Source of the DNA: Squalus acanthias
Taxonomy: Eukaryota
Direction: 5' to 3'
Length of the DNA: 64,000 nucleotides
Assembly: GCA_030390025.1 (NCBI GenBank)
Contig: CM059432.1
Location: 28,398,001-28,462,000 of the forward strand
Below, piece after piece: positions 38,707 through 51,928 of the stretch (position 1 is the stretch's first letter; each line of letters starts with the position of its first letter). The position numbers and the translations under genes are program-made. The notes under the pieces are model-generated. The model did not search any database. It was not told the origin of the DNA and was given only the letters and a program-made list of their open reading frames with translations.

Positions 38707-41251
38707 CTGAGATGAGGGCAGAAAGAAGCACCACATTAAAATGGGGAAAATAAATTGAAGAATATTACAAAATCACAAGATAAGTTCAGATGAAGAAGGC
38801 CCTTAGGTTCATTTGATTTCAACCATCCAGAATACCATTTCTTCTCACAAGGAGTCAACACATTCCAGTTGGTGATCACCCTCTCTCCTCAACTTGCCCA
38901 TCTCAAAACACAACCTGCCCCTCTTATCCTGCTGCTGTAACATATCAAAGTATTGTTTTGGGTTTGTTTTCTTTATCCTGTTATCAATATTATATTGTTA
39001 TGTCTCTGAGCACAAAAACAAGGGTTAGCCAAAGCAGTTTTTGGTAGTAACATCTTCCAGTACTGAGGAAAGGTCATTGACCTGAAACGTTAGCTCGGTT
39101 TCTCTCTCCACAGATGCTGCCTGACCTGCTAGTGTTTTCCAGCATTTTCTGTTTTTATTTCAGTTTTTGGCACTGATGCCTTAACTCTCAGAGGCTTTAG
39201 ACTTTTGGCCAAATTTCAGTTTCAATATTGGATCTAGTATGAGAAGATGGAATGAGAAAGGAACTTCGGCTCAGAGTTGTTGAGCTGGCGTCTGAGGTGC
39301 AGACATTGCAGGGCATCAGGGAGGGGAGAGTTACCTGGACACTTTGTTCCAGGAGGCAGTCACACTCCTTATGTTAAGTAGTACTTTAGCGTTCGTCAGT
39401 GGTCAGGGACAGGAGGGTGTGACTGCAAATCAGGAAGGTATGGGGACCCAGGATGTAGTGATGGAGGAGCCTCGGCCCTTGTCTTTGACCAACAGGTATG
39501 AGGTACTTGCTACCTGTGTGGATGAGAACAAGGACTGCAGGGTGGATGAGCAAACTGACCATGGCACCATGGTGCAGGAGTCCATTCAAGTGGGGGGAGT
39601 GAAAAGGAATATTGTAATGGTAGGCGACAGTATAGTCAGGGAATAGATACTGTTCTCTGCAGCCATGACCGGGAGTTCCGAAGGTTGTGTTGCCTGCCAG
39701 GGTTAAGGATATCTTGTCGCGGCTGGGAGGAAGGAGATTCGATTCATGGGACACTGGCATCAGTACTGGGGAAAGAGGGAGCTCTTCTGTTGGGATGGGC
39801 TCCACTTAAACCGGGCTGGAACCAGTGTCCTGGTGAATCGAATAACTAGGGCGGTAGATAGGGCTTTAAACTAATGAATGGGAGGGTGGGAGGATTCAGG
39901 AAAGGGTAAATTCAAAAGCAGTAAGAGAAATGTCAAGGCTGTAGAGCAGAGTAGTGATCTAGGTAAAGATAAGCAGACTGGGTCAGGAAGGGACAGAGAG
40001 ATTAATAAAGGTAACAGGGCACCAGTGACTAAAGTGACAACAGGGAAAAATAGAAAAAAGTTAAAGCTAAAGGTACTATATCTGAATGCAAGAAGCATTT
40101 GCAACAATATAGATGAATTAATAGCACAGATAGAAATAAATGGGTTTGATTTAATAGCCATTACAGAGACGTGGTTGCAGAGTGACCAAGGTTGGGAACT
40201 AAATATTTCAGGATATTTGACTTTTAGAAGAGACAGGCAGAATAGAAAAAGAGGGGGGTAGCCCTGATAATAAAGGAGGGAATAAAGACAGTAGAGAGAA
40301 AGGATCTTAGCTTGGAAAAACAAAATGTAGAATCAGTTTGGGTGGAGCTAAGAAAGAACAAGGGGCAGAAAACACTAGTGGGAGTAGTTTAAAGGCCCCC
40401 TAACAGTAGTTGTAATGTCAGGCAGAGTATAAATCAGGAAATTAGAGATGCATGTAACAGGGGTAATACAGTAATCATGGGGGACTTTAACTTTCATATT
40501 GACTGGGCAAACCAAATTTGCAGTAATAGTGCAGAGGAAGAGGTCATGGAATGCATTCAAGATAGTTTTCTAGATCAGTATGTCTAGGAACCTACTAGGG
40601 AATTGGCAATTTTAGATCTAGTACTGTGCAATGAGACAGGGTTAATTAATAACCTTGCAGTAAAGGAGCCTCTGGGGAGCAGTGATAATAATGATAGAAT
40701 TTTATGTTGAATTTTATGTTGAGTTTCAAAGTGATTTAGTTAAGTCCGAAACTAGGGTCCTAAATCGGAACAAAGCAAACTACGTAGGTATGAGGCGAGT
40801 TGGCTAAGGTAGGTTGGGAAACTACATTAAAAGATATGACAGTAGAAAAGCAATGGCAAACATTTAAAGAAATAATAATTCGCAACGAATATACATTCCA
40901 TTAAGGAATAAAAACACCACGGGAAAAATGATCCACCCGTGGCTAACAAGAGAAATTAAAGATAGTTATAGATTAAAGGAAGTGGCCTATAATGTTGTCA
41001 AAAAGAATAGTAAGCCTGAGGATTGGGAGGATTTTAGAATTCAGCAAAGGAGGACCAAGAAATTGATAAGGAAAGAGAAAAAAGAATATGAGAGTAAATT
41101 AGCAAGAGACATAAAAACAGATTGTAAACGTTTCTATAGGTATGTAAATAGGAAAAGATTAGCAAAAGTAAACGTGGGCCCCTTACAGACTGAGACAGAA
41201 AAAATTATAATGGGGAATAAGGATATGGCAGAGAAATTAAACAAATACTTT

Positions 41252-42059
41252 GGGCTGGATTTTCAATGACCCGTGGAGTTGGGTTTGGAGGCGGGGGTTA
41301 AAGTTGCAGATTCGGGGGTCCTGACCCCATCCCGCCTCCATGCCAGTTTCTCTGGCGGTGGGTACCTGACCTGTTCTGAGACCCGACTCCCCGAGGCGGG
41401 AAGGGATTAGTGACAATTAACTGCCTGTTAACAGGTAGTTAACAGACAGTTTTTTGCATAATCCCTATTTTAAAAAGAAAAGTGTGGGCTTCCCGACAGG
41501 TGGCAACCACGCCAAGTTATCGGGGCGGGCCGTGGGTCTGCAGGGGTCGATATGTCCGGTGGGCAGGTGAGTGATGGGTGCATGTGTGCAGAGGTAAGTG
41601 TGTAAGGTAAGTGCTAAGTGTTGGAAAAAGTTTTACTTACCTTAACTTCCTCCTGCAGGTGTCAGCCCTTCAGTTCTCGGGAGTTAGAAATCTCACCAGC
41701 ACAGAAAGCAGGAAAGCCGTGGTTCTGTCAGAAACTGCAGCCTTCTGTTTTCTGTGCTGGAATGATTTCTAACTCAGCCTGAAAGGAAGGACTGAAGTTA
41801 GAAATCATATTGTGAGTGTTTGACAGCTTCACAGAGCTGTCAAACGCTGATATTTCATCTGTCAAAAGCTCTTGACAGATGAAATGTCAGTCTGTGACGT
41901 CACCTGTTGCCGGGTGGCCCTTAATTGGCCTGCTGAGCCCACTGGGCGGGCTCAACAAGGTCAATCAAGGGAAAATACAGTGGGTTGGCCACATCTCGAT
42001 GGAGGCAGGTTCACAAGCCAGAATGTGTGATTCCCGACCCCAGATTCAAAATCCAGCCC
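41252..42059. mobile_element. Harbinger-type MITE in CR1 ORF2
   Basis: TIR gggctggatttt / aaaatccagccc; flanks ttt/ttc; CR1 frame resumes (NKYF|VSVFT). Confidence 0.87.
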
Positions 42060-42160
42060 TTCGTGTCTGTCTTCACGGAAGAAGACGTAAAAAAACATTC
42101 CAGAAATAGTGGAGAACCAAGGGTCTAGCGAGAATGAGGAACTGAAAGAAATTTGTATTA

Positions 42161-42585
42161 CAGGAAACTTTCGTTTATCCGGCACTCAAATATCCGGAAT
42201 TCTCGCTTAACCGGCAAAAATCATCCTCCGAAAACTCCTCTCAAATAACCGGCAATGTTGCCGAGTCGCAGTCGAGTCTCCGCAAACGCAGAGTGCTCCG
42301 AAAAATCCTCTCAAATAACCGGCAATGTTGCCGATCCCGAGTCCGAGTCCGAGTCCGCGAACGCCGATTTAGTCAGTAGGGGTACTTTTCAAAAGTACCA
42401 CTACTTGGCCTCCTGGCGCTGTCGCAAGTCCGAAACATTGCAGTAGCATGAGTAGATTCTCCCGTGCTGCTTGGAGTCTCTTTGTTAAAAATAGCCTCGG
42501 TAGATATAACTCTCTGTTATCCGGTACTTTCGATAAACCGGCACCACGCCGGTCCCGTCGATGCCGGATAAACGAAAGTTTCCTG
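42161..42585. mobile_element. Tc1/mariner (pogo/Tigger-like) MITE
   Basis: Perfect 24-bp TIR caggaaactttcgtttatccggca; TA TSD; CpG-rich. Confidence 0.9.
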
Positions 42586-42836
42586 TAGTAAGGAAATAGT
42601 ACTGGGGAAATTAATGGGACTAAAAGCCGATAAATCCCCATGACCTGATGGCCTACATCCTAGGGTTTTAAAAGAGGTGGCTATAGAGATAGTGGATGCA
42701 TTGGTTGTCATCTTCCAAAATTCCACAGATTCTGGAACGGTTCTCGCGGATTGGAAGGTAGCAAATGTAACCCCACTGTAGACCAATTAGCCTGACATCA
42801 GTAGTAGGGAAAATACTAGAATCTATTATTAAGGAC

Positions 42837-43974
42837 TGTTAGAAATCAGTGGTGTCCAAAATTAATATGGTTATGCGGATAAAATTGTGACGCGAATAAT
42901 GCTGTGTTTACATGATGGTATTAGAACTGGAGACAAAATGTCTCTTCGGACTAGTCTTAGAATAATTAGATAGATGCTTAGAATCTGCTTGTGTTTTGGT
43001 TCCCTGCGGATGTTAGAGCATTCTGCAGTGTGACGGTCATAAATAATCTTGTTTACAAGTTAGGATTTCAACTTTGTTTATATATCTCTAATTGGACCAA
43101 CTAAGGCTCAATGCCTACGTTTCTTCTATTATTGCTAATAACAACCATGATATAATGCTAAGGTAGGAATTGGAGTTAGCTTAACAAAACTGCGTGTAAG
43201 GATAATTAAAAGTTAATTGGGATAAAAGACATAGAATGAAAGGAATCTGAGGAGGTTAAGGTATCCATCTTAGGATGGGGCCGTTTGCTAGATGGAAGTG
43301 AGATAACAACTGGCTGAAGTGGGACAGCTCTGGCTTGGGCCTCCTGATTAAAAGGGTACGAGGTCAGGCCTTGTACTTGCTGTGCCAGGGAGGATAGGGA
43401 CAAAGAGAGATAAGACACGAATTCCAAAAGAAGAACCGTCGGAAAGAATAAACAATAAGACAAATTGAATGAGGTCATGGGACCCCTTTTGGGGAGGGCT
43501 TTCATTCAAGAATCGAGACAAAGAACTCGATGCCCCATTGGGTGATGAGGTTTTAGGGGAACCTCTATAGGTTAAATGGTCTTGTCAATAATTTGGCCTC
43601 AGGCCCACCCCTAAAAAGAGAATAAAAGTAACACCCTGAGTGCTTGCCCACACAGACGGTGGAGGGGAGAGCCAAGCAGAAGTTGGGCTGGTCGAACGCT
43701 CTTTTGAGAGTGATCCCATGCTCACCAACTCGGAGGTTCGAGACGAGAGGGAGAGAGGCCGGAAGCCAGAGAACTGTTCACGCACGCCAGCCATCGGTCC
43801 AATAGGGACTGGTACCAGCTGCTTGTCATAGTCGTATGTTTTTGCTGCATAACTAGCATGTTATATTTCGTCTTAAACTCTGATTAAACACAATATACCC
43901 ACCATATTACTTTGCAGTCGATCTTGATTATTTGAAAGACTAGAGATAAGCTACTGATTGGCATAATCTCAACA
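42837..43974. mobile_element. Solo LTR (Gypsy or class I ERV type)
   Basis: TGTT...AACA ends; 4-bp TSD ggac; CR1 sequence continuous across it (tattaaggac|gtagtaacagggcac). Confidence 0.85.
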
Positions 43975-46065
43975 GGACGTAGTAACAGGGCACATAGAAA
44001 GTAATAATAGGATTGGGCAGAATCAACACGGATTTATGAAAGGGAAATCGTGTTTGTAACTAGCAGGATAGATAAGGGGGAACCAGTGGATGTAGTGTAT
44101 TTAGATTTTCAGAAGGCATTCAAAAAGGTGCCACAAAAGAGGTTATTAAACAAAATTAGGGCTTATAGGATTGGGGGTAATATACTAGCATGGATTGAGA
44201 ATTGGTTAACAGACAGAAAACAGAGTAGGAATAAACGTGTAATTTTCGGGTTGGCAGGCTGTAACTAGTGGGGTACCGCAAGGATCAGTGCTTGGGCCTC
44301 AGCTAATTACAATTTGTATCAATGATTTGGATGAGGGGACCAAATGTAATATATCCAAGTTTGCTGATGATACAAAGCTAGGTGGGAATGTAAGTTGTGA
44401 GGAGGATGCAAACAGGCTGCCAGGGGATGTAGACAGGTTAAGCAAGTGGGCAAGAATATAGCAAATGGAATATAATGTGGAGAAATGTGAAGTTATCCAC
44501 TTTGGTAGGAAAAATAGAAAAGCAGAACATTTTTTGAATGGTGAGTGACTGGGAAATGTTTGCATTCAGAGGGACCTGGGTGTCCTTGTACATGAATCAC
44601 AGAAAGTTAACATGCAGGTACAGCAGGCAATTAGGAAAGCAAATGGTATGTTGGCCTTTATTACAAGAGGATTTGAGTAGAAGAGTAAAGACATCTTACT
44701 GCAATTATATAGGGCCTTGGTGAGACCAGACCTGGAGTATTGTGTACAGTTTTGGTCTCCTTACCTAAGGAAGGATATACTTGCCATAGAGGGAGTGCAA
44801 CGAAGGTTCACCAGACTGGTTCCTGGGAATGGGGATTGTCCTATGAGGAGAGATTGAGTAGACTAGGCCTATATTCTCTAGAGTTTAGAAGAATGAGAGG
44901 TGATCTCATTGAAACATACAAAATTCTTACAGGGCTTGACAGGGTAGATGCAGGGAGGATGTTTGCCCTGGCTGGGGAGTCTAGAACCAGGGGTCACAGT
45001 CTCAGAATAAGGGGTCGGCCATTTAGGACTGAGATGAGGAGAAATTTCTTCACTCAGAGGGTGGTGAATCTTTGAATTCTCTACCCCAGAGATCTGTGAA
45101 CGCTCAGTCATTGAGTATATTCAAGACAGAGGTCAATAAATGTTGGGGAATTAAGGGCTATGGGAAAAGTGCGGGAAGGTGGAGTTGAAGTAGAAGATCA
45201 GCCATGATCTTATTGAATGGCGGAGCAGGCTCAAAAGGGCCAAATGGCCTAATCCAGCTCCTATTTCTTATGTTTTTATGTTTTGGTGTAGAAAGCTCTT
45301 AAAACATTAAGCTCAAGTAGCTCTTCAAGTTTATCCAGTGAGTGATGCTAAGTTAACTGATCACACTAGGGTGTTGGTAGAGGTGCTAAAACTGGCCTCG
45401 GCACATGTGCACATGTTGTCAGTTAAGGACAAACTTGAATTCTCTACCCCAGAGGGCTATGGATGCTCAGTCGTTGAGTAGATTCAAGGCAGAGATCAAT
45501 AGATTTTGGATATTAAGGAAATCAAGGGATATGGGGATAGTGCAGGAAAGTGGAGTTGAGGTAGAAGATCAGCCATGATATTATTGAATGGCAGAGCAGG
45601 CTCGAAGGGCCAAATGGCCTACTCCTGCTCCTATTTCTTATGTTCAGTCAAGCATGCCCCCTCTTTCCACATATGCAATCTAACCTGACTCTAAAGGCAA
45701 AGAATCAGGCCATTACAGAAATCGCAGAGAACAGGCCAATTCAGCCCATCAAGCCCTTGCCAGTGTTTTTTTTCATGAGCCATTGAATCTAATCCCACTC
45801 TACTGCTCCCTCTCCATAGTATTTAATATTCCTTTGAAATTAAATTATCAAGTAACATAAAATAAAATAGTAAAATATTCTACAGGCACATAAATACAAA
45901 AAGGAAAGTCGGGATGGGAATAGGGCCACTAAGGGAATGGACAGGATAAAATCACAGATAGCGATAGCGAAAATGGCAGAAATATTAAATAATGACTTTG
46001 CTTCAGTATTTAACAGGGAGACAGATCAGGTGGACACGACATCAAAAGATGAGATTAGAAATGAT

Positions 46066-46744
46066 GGGCCGTATTTTCCAATCGGAGGCTTCCCGCGTCA
46101 GAGGCCTCCGATCTGGAAAAAATGTACGCACTTACCTGAGGGCTCCCGAGGTGCGTATAGTTCCGATGCTGGGCCTCTCCAACTCCAAGTGCGCAGGGCC
46201 CACGTATCCCAGGGGCGCATGCGGTTCGCAAGCGTCCCTGGGATCACGTGGGCCATGGGGAGCCAATCAAAGAAGGGAATCTCCCTTCATACACTTGACA
46301 GAGAGACCTGTCAAATATATGAATGGAAATCAATGAAAAAACATAGTAAAACTTTAAATAAATTTTTAAAAAACCCATCACCTTTTTAAAATTAGTTGAA
46401 ATTACAATAAATTAAATATTTTAAACAAAAATTTAATTTTTTGAAAAAAATAATTAAAGTTTTTTTATGGGGCTAAAAATAAACTTACCTTTTTGTTTTA
46501 AAAAGTAATTTTAAATGATAAATGAGTGAAAACATTTTTTAAAAACTTTTTTTCAACTCTTATCCTGGTAAAAGCAGGCGTAAGAATTCTAAGGGTTTTC
46601 TGCGGGCGGAGGGTCTCCAGAAAGCAGAACTATCCACCCGCAGAGGCCCTTCTGCACTGTGCATGCCTGAAACTGGCATTTCCGATGTCCCTACGGGTGG
46701 GTACACAGCGCATACACACCCGTAGGGATCGGAATATCCGGGCT
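46066..46744. mobile_element. Harbinger-type MITE in CR1
   Basis: TIR gggccgtattttcc / ggaatatccgggct (degenerate); 3-bp TSD gat. Confidence 0.85.
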
Positions 46745-48284
46745 GATATAACCGCATTTAATATAAAAAGAGGAGAAATGTTAAATAAACTAATCAAACT
46801 CAAAAGAGGATAAAACCTCTGGTCTGGACAGATTACATCCGTGCATTTTAAAAGAATCTAGGGAAGAGATAGCAGATGCACTATTACACATATTTAATAA
46901 TTTGTTAGAAGAAGGTGCAGTGCCAGAGGACTGGCAGATAGCTAACGTAATATCTATATTCAAGAAGGGAGATAGAACATGGCCAAGGAACTATAGACCG
47001 GTCAGCTTAACATCGGTGGTAGAAAAAATAATGAATTCCTCCTTAAGCAGAAAATAGCAAAAATGGAAAAACATCTAGAAACTAAAATTATAGTAATGAA
47101 TAGTCAGTGTGGATTTCAAAAGGGAAAGTCTTGCTTGATCAACCTCACTGAATTCTTTGACTAGGTAACAGAGAGAGTAGACAAGGGTAATGCAGTAGAT
47201 GTAATTGATCAATTTCCAAAAGGCCTTCAATAAGGTACCTCATAATAGATTGATGAATAAGGTGAGAGCATGTAGAGTCAGGGGTCAAGTAGCATAATGG
47301 ATAGTTAGCTGGCTTCAAAACAGAAACCATAGAGTAGGGGTAAAGGGTAGCTATTCAGAGTTGCAGAAGGTGGAAAGTGGGGTCCCACATGGATCAGTGC
47401 TGGGACCACTGTTGTTCACAATTTATATTAACGATTTAGACTTTGGAATCAAAAAAAGTTTCTAAATTTGCAGATGACACCAAATGGTTTTTTTTTTGGG
47501 GGGGGGGGGGGCAGTCAATACTGAGGAGGAGAACAAATTACAAGAATGGGCATATAATTGGCAAATGAATTCCAAGAATGGGCATATAATTGGCAAATGA
47601 ATTTCAACACAGATAAGTGTGAGGTATTACATTTTGGTAAGAAAAATAAGGAGATCACATATTACTTGGAAAATAAGAATCTAAATTGGGTAGAGGAACA
47701 AAGGGATCTCAGTACCAATACGCCAATCACTAAAAGTAGCAACAGGTTAATAAGGCCACAAAAAAGCAAACCAAGCACTGGGGTTTATTTCTAGAGGGAT
47801 AGAATTGAAAAGTAGTGAAGTTATGCTAAGCCTGTATTGAACCTTGGTTAGACCACACTTGGAGTACTGTGTACATTCTGGTCATCATATTATAAAAAGG
47901 ATGTATAGGCACTGAAGAGGGTGCAATAAAGATTTACAAGGATGATACCAGCAATGCGAGGGTATACCTATCAGGAAAGGATGAATAGGCTGGGTCTCTT
48001 TTCTCTTGAAAAGAGAAGCCTGAGGGATGACCTAATAGAGGTCTTTAAAATTATGGAAGGTTTTGACAGAGTAGACACAGAGAGAATGTTTCCACTTGTG
48101 GGGAAGAGCAAAACTAAAGGTCATCAATATAAGATAGTCACCAAGAAATCCAATAGGGAATTCAGAAGAAACTTCTTTACCCAGAGAGTGGTGAGAATGT
48201 GGAACTCGCTAGCACAGGGAGTGGTTGAGGCGAATAGTATAGAAGCATTTAACAGGAGGCTAGATATTCACATGAGAGGGAATA

Positions 48285-48762
48285 AAAAAGAAAGAAAAAA
48301 AAGACTTGCATTTATATAGCGCCTTTCTCGACCACCGGACGTCTCAAAACGCTTTACAGCCAATGAAATACTTTCGAAGTGGAGTCACTGTTGTAATATG
48401 GGAAACGTGGCAGCCAATTTGCGCACAGCAAGGTCCCACAAACAGCAATGTGATAATGGCCAGATAATCTGTTTTTGTTATGTTGGTTGAGGGATAAATA
48501 TTGGCCAGGACACCAGGGATAACTCCCCTGCTCTTCTTCGAAATAGCGCCATGGGATCTTTTACGTCCACCTGAGATCTCAGACGGGGCCTCGGTTTAAT
48601 GTCTTATCCAAAAGACGGCACCTCTGACAGTGCAGCATTCCCTCAGCACTGCACTGGAGTGTCAGCCTAGCTTTATGTGCTCAAGTCCCTAGAATGGGAC
48701 TTGAACCCATAACCTTCTGACTCAGAGGTGAGTGTGCTACCAACTGAGCCACAGCTGACACT
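48285..48762 (-). mobile_element. Deu-domain tRNA SINE, intact (SacSINE1-like)
   Basis: Box A tggctcagttgg, box B ggttcaagtcc, Deu body, tail aaaggcgctatataaatgcaagtc(ttt)n. Confidence 0.9.
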
Positions 48763-49537
48763 AGAGGGTTAATAGAGAGTTATGCTGATAGAATTAGATA
48801 AGGAAAGACAGGAGGAGGCTCAAGTGGAGCGTAAACGCCGGCATGGACTGGTTGGGCCGCATGGCCTGTTTCTTTGCTGTAAATTCTATGTAATTCCTCT
48901 TTTTCAAGCAACTATCTAATCTAACCAATAGAAATAGTGTCTGCAGTACTCTGGGCCTGTCATAAAGCAGTAGATCAGGCACTTCTATTCTATCTGAAAG
49001 GAAAGAAACATTGGTGAGTCACCCTAAGCTACTTCTAAAAATACCTTCTAGCGACAATCAGGAAACATTTTTTCGCACAAAGGGCAGTTGAAATCTGGAA
49101 TTCTCTCCCCCAAAATGCTGTGGCTGCTAGGACAATTGAAAATTTTCAGCCATGATCTAACTGAATGGTAGAGTAGGTTCAAGGGGCTGAATGGCCTACT
49201 CCAGTTCCAATGTAAATTCAAGGGTGGTACAGCAAGAGGGATGGAAAAAGTCCTCACTGGGGTATGGTTTCACATTGGTCAATCAATGATAATTCACCCA
49301 AGTGGCCATCGTTCATGTACAAAACTTGAGTGTCAGTAGGAGACTGAACTGTAGAGGGCACCACAGCCAAACTCAAGTTTGTCCTTAACTGACAACATGA
49401 ACCTAGGCCAATTTTAGATAGATATACACAAGCAGATTGCCCATTTCACGATGACAAGAGAATCATACAATGTAATAGGCAATATTTTGTTCTGCTGCCA
49501 AGGGGAAGCTGTGTCCCTTCAAAGGTCAAAGTGGAAC

Positions 49538-51210
49538 TTATAGAATCATAGAAAGTTACAGCACGGAAGGAGGCCATTTCGGCCCATCGTGTCCTCGCCG
49601 GCCAACAAAGAGCTATCCAGCCTAATCCCACTTCCCAGCTCTTGGTCCGTAGCCCTGCAGGTTAGAGCATCCCAAGAGCACATCCAAGTACTTTTTAAAT
49701 GTGGTTATGGTTCCTGCCTCTACCACCCTTTCAGGCAGTGAGTTCCAGACCCCCACAACCCTCTGGGTGAAGAAATTTCCCCTCAAATCCCCTCTAAACC
49801 TTCCCCCAATTACTTTAAATCTGTGCCCCCTGGTTTTTGACCCCTCTGCTAAGGGAAATAGGTCCTTTCTATCCACTTTATCTATGCCCCTCATAATTTT
49901 ATACACCTCAATAAGGTCTCCCCTCAGCCTTCTCTGTTCCAAGGAAAACAGACCCAGCTTATCCAGTCTTTACTCATAGCTAAGATTCTCTACTCCCGGC
50001 AACATCCTTGTAAATCTCCTCTGTACGCTCTCTTGTGCAATCACATCTTTCCTGTAATGTGGTGACCAGAACTGCACGCAGTACTCTAGCTGGGGCCTAA
50101 CTAGTGTTTTATACAGTTCAAGCATAAACCCCCTGCTCTTGTATTCTATGCCACGGCTAATAAAGGCAAGCATTCCGTATGCCTTCTTAACCACCTTATC
50201 TACTTGGCCTGCTATCTTCAGGGATCTGTGGACATGCACTCTAAGGTCCCTTTGTTCCTCTACACTACTCAGTGTCCTACCATTTAATGTGTATTCCCTT
50301 TCCTTGTTAGCCCTCCCCAAATGCATTACCTCACACTTCCCCAGATTGAATTCCATTTGCCACTGTTCTGCCCACCTGACGAGTCCATTGATATCTTCCT
50401 GCAGTCTACAGCTTCCTTCTTCAGTATCAACCACACAGCCGATTTTAGTATCATCTGCAAACCTCTTAATCATACCCCCTATATTCAAGTCAAGATCGTT
50501 GATATATACCACAAAAAGCAAGGGACCTAGTACTGAGCCCTGCGGAACCCCACTGGAAACAGCCTTCCAGTCACAAAAACACCCATCCCCTTTGCTTCCT
50601 GTCTCAGCGCCAGTTTTGAATCCAACTTGACACTTTGCCCTGGATCCCATGGTCTTTTACTTTCGTGACCAGTCTGCCATGTGAAACCTTATCAAAAGCC
50701 TTGCTAAAGTCCATATACACTACATCAAATGCACTACCCTCATCTACCCTCCTTGTTACTTCCTCAAAAAATTCAATCAAGTTTGTCAGACACGACCTTC
50801 CCTTAACAAATCCGTGCTGACTATCCTTGATTAATCCGTGTCTTTCTAAATTAAGATTTATCCTGTCCTTCAGAATTCTTTCCAATAATTTTCCTTTTCT
50901 CCCTTTTTAAACAAGGGTACCACATTAGCAGTCCTCCAGTCCTCCGGCACCACACCTGAAGCCAGAGAGGATTGAAAAATGATGGTCAGGGCCTCTTCTA
51001 TTTCCTCTTTTGCTTCGCTTAACAGCCTGGGATACATTTCATCCAGGCCTGGGGATTTATCCACTTTTAAAACTGCTAAACCCCTTAATACTTCCTCTCT
51101 CACTATGTTTATTTCATCTAATATTTCGCACTCCTCCCTCCCCCGATAGCAATGTCTGCTTCACCCCTCTCCTTTGTGAAAACAGACGCAAAGTATTCAT
51201 TAAGAACCCT
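49538..51210 (-). mobile_element. CR1 LINE 3' half, relatively young
   Basis: ORFs with VVYMDFSKAFDKV, GVPQGSVLGPLLF, FADDTK, LEYCVQFWSP; tail ctatgattctat. Confidence 0.93.
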
Positions 51211-51928
51211 ACTGATGTCATTACCAAACAGAAATATCCAAGTGGGGAAAACTTGCAGTTCTGCTGAAGATAGAGCCAATGTTCATAATTTTTTTTTTAA
51301 ATTGACAGTAAGTGCCTCCATGTGTACAATCTGGAGATATTTTACATAGAAGATCATACATCATTTGGACTCTGTCCCTGCTGAGAAGTTGCCACTGTGA
51401 TCCGATGGATCAAACACTGAGGACTTACAGCATTAACTTTGTCCCCTTCCCCATGAAGAGTTCTATTTTAACATAAACATCAGGTGCGAAGGATAGTGGG
51501 GCCCAATAGATTATAAAGCCATCAGCAACATTTTTTTTGACTGTGTTAAAACTGTACAACAGACAGAAGAATATAAGAGGGTGGGTGGAATGAGTGATGC
51601 CGCTTAAAGCAAACCCAGCTGGGTCGATGAAGAGCCAACACAACCACAGAGCATTTTATACGGTGCACAGTTGCAGCGTCACAACTTGAGGAGCGAGAAG
51701 AAAAACTGTTGAACCTTTTATATCTGCGCAAGGAATAACTCATGGGGCGAGGTGGGTGCATGGGCAGGTAAATCCTATGCATATTGACGGAGATTTTAAA
51801 TCATGTTCTACAGACTAGGTACAGATTCCAAATATACAGACTAGGTACAGATTCCAAATATGTATAAAAGCATTATCGGGAATGATACTGGGGCTTAGAG
51901 GGTTAATTTATAAAGACAGGTTGCCTAA

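Larger units (their letters stand above)
39250..45222 (+). mobile_element. Near full-length decayed CR1 LINE (ORF1 SGNH esterase, ORF2 APE+RT) with three nested insertions
   Basis: VMVGDSIVR and WDGLHLNRAG (ORF1); LYLNARSI...IAITETWL (APE); VVYLDFQKAF, GVPQGSVLGP, KFADD (RT); tail cctatttcttatgtttttatg. Confidence 0.92.
45850..48895 (+). mobile_element. Decayed CR1 LINE (3' ORF2) with nested MITE and SINE
   Basis: RT motifs with many stops; RFTRMIP...RLGLFSLEKR; tail resumes after 48762. Confidence 0.88.

Noticed and set aside
47540..47602. Short tandem duplications (also about 2651-2690, 33889-33930, 51808-51862)
   Set aside because: Two-copy slippage events without spacers; not CRISPR-like and not evidently functional.
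49622..51103. Functional reverse transcriptase gene
   Set aside because: Frameshifts and deletions; a 5'-truncated CR1 fragment.
51429..51551. 123-nt pseudo-exon with a strong acceptor tract and gtaagt donor (-)
   Set aside because: TAA in the gene frame and no recognisable peptide. Such pseudo-exons are common and there is no further support.
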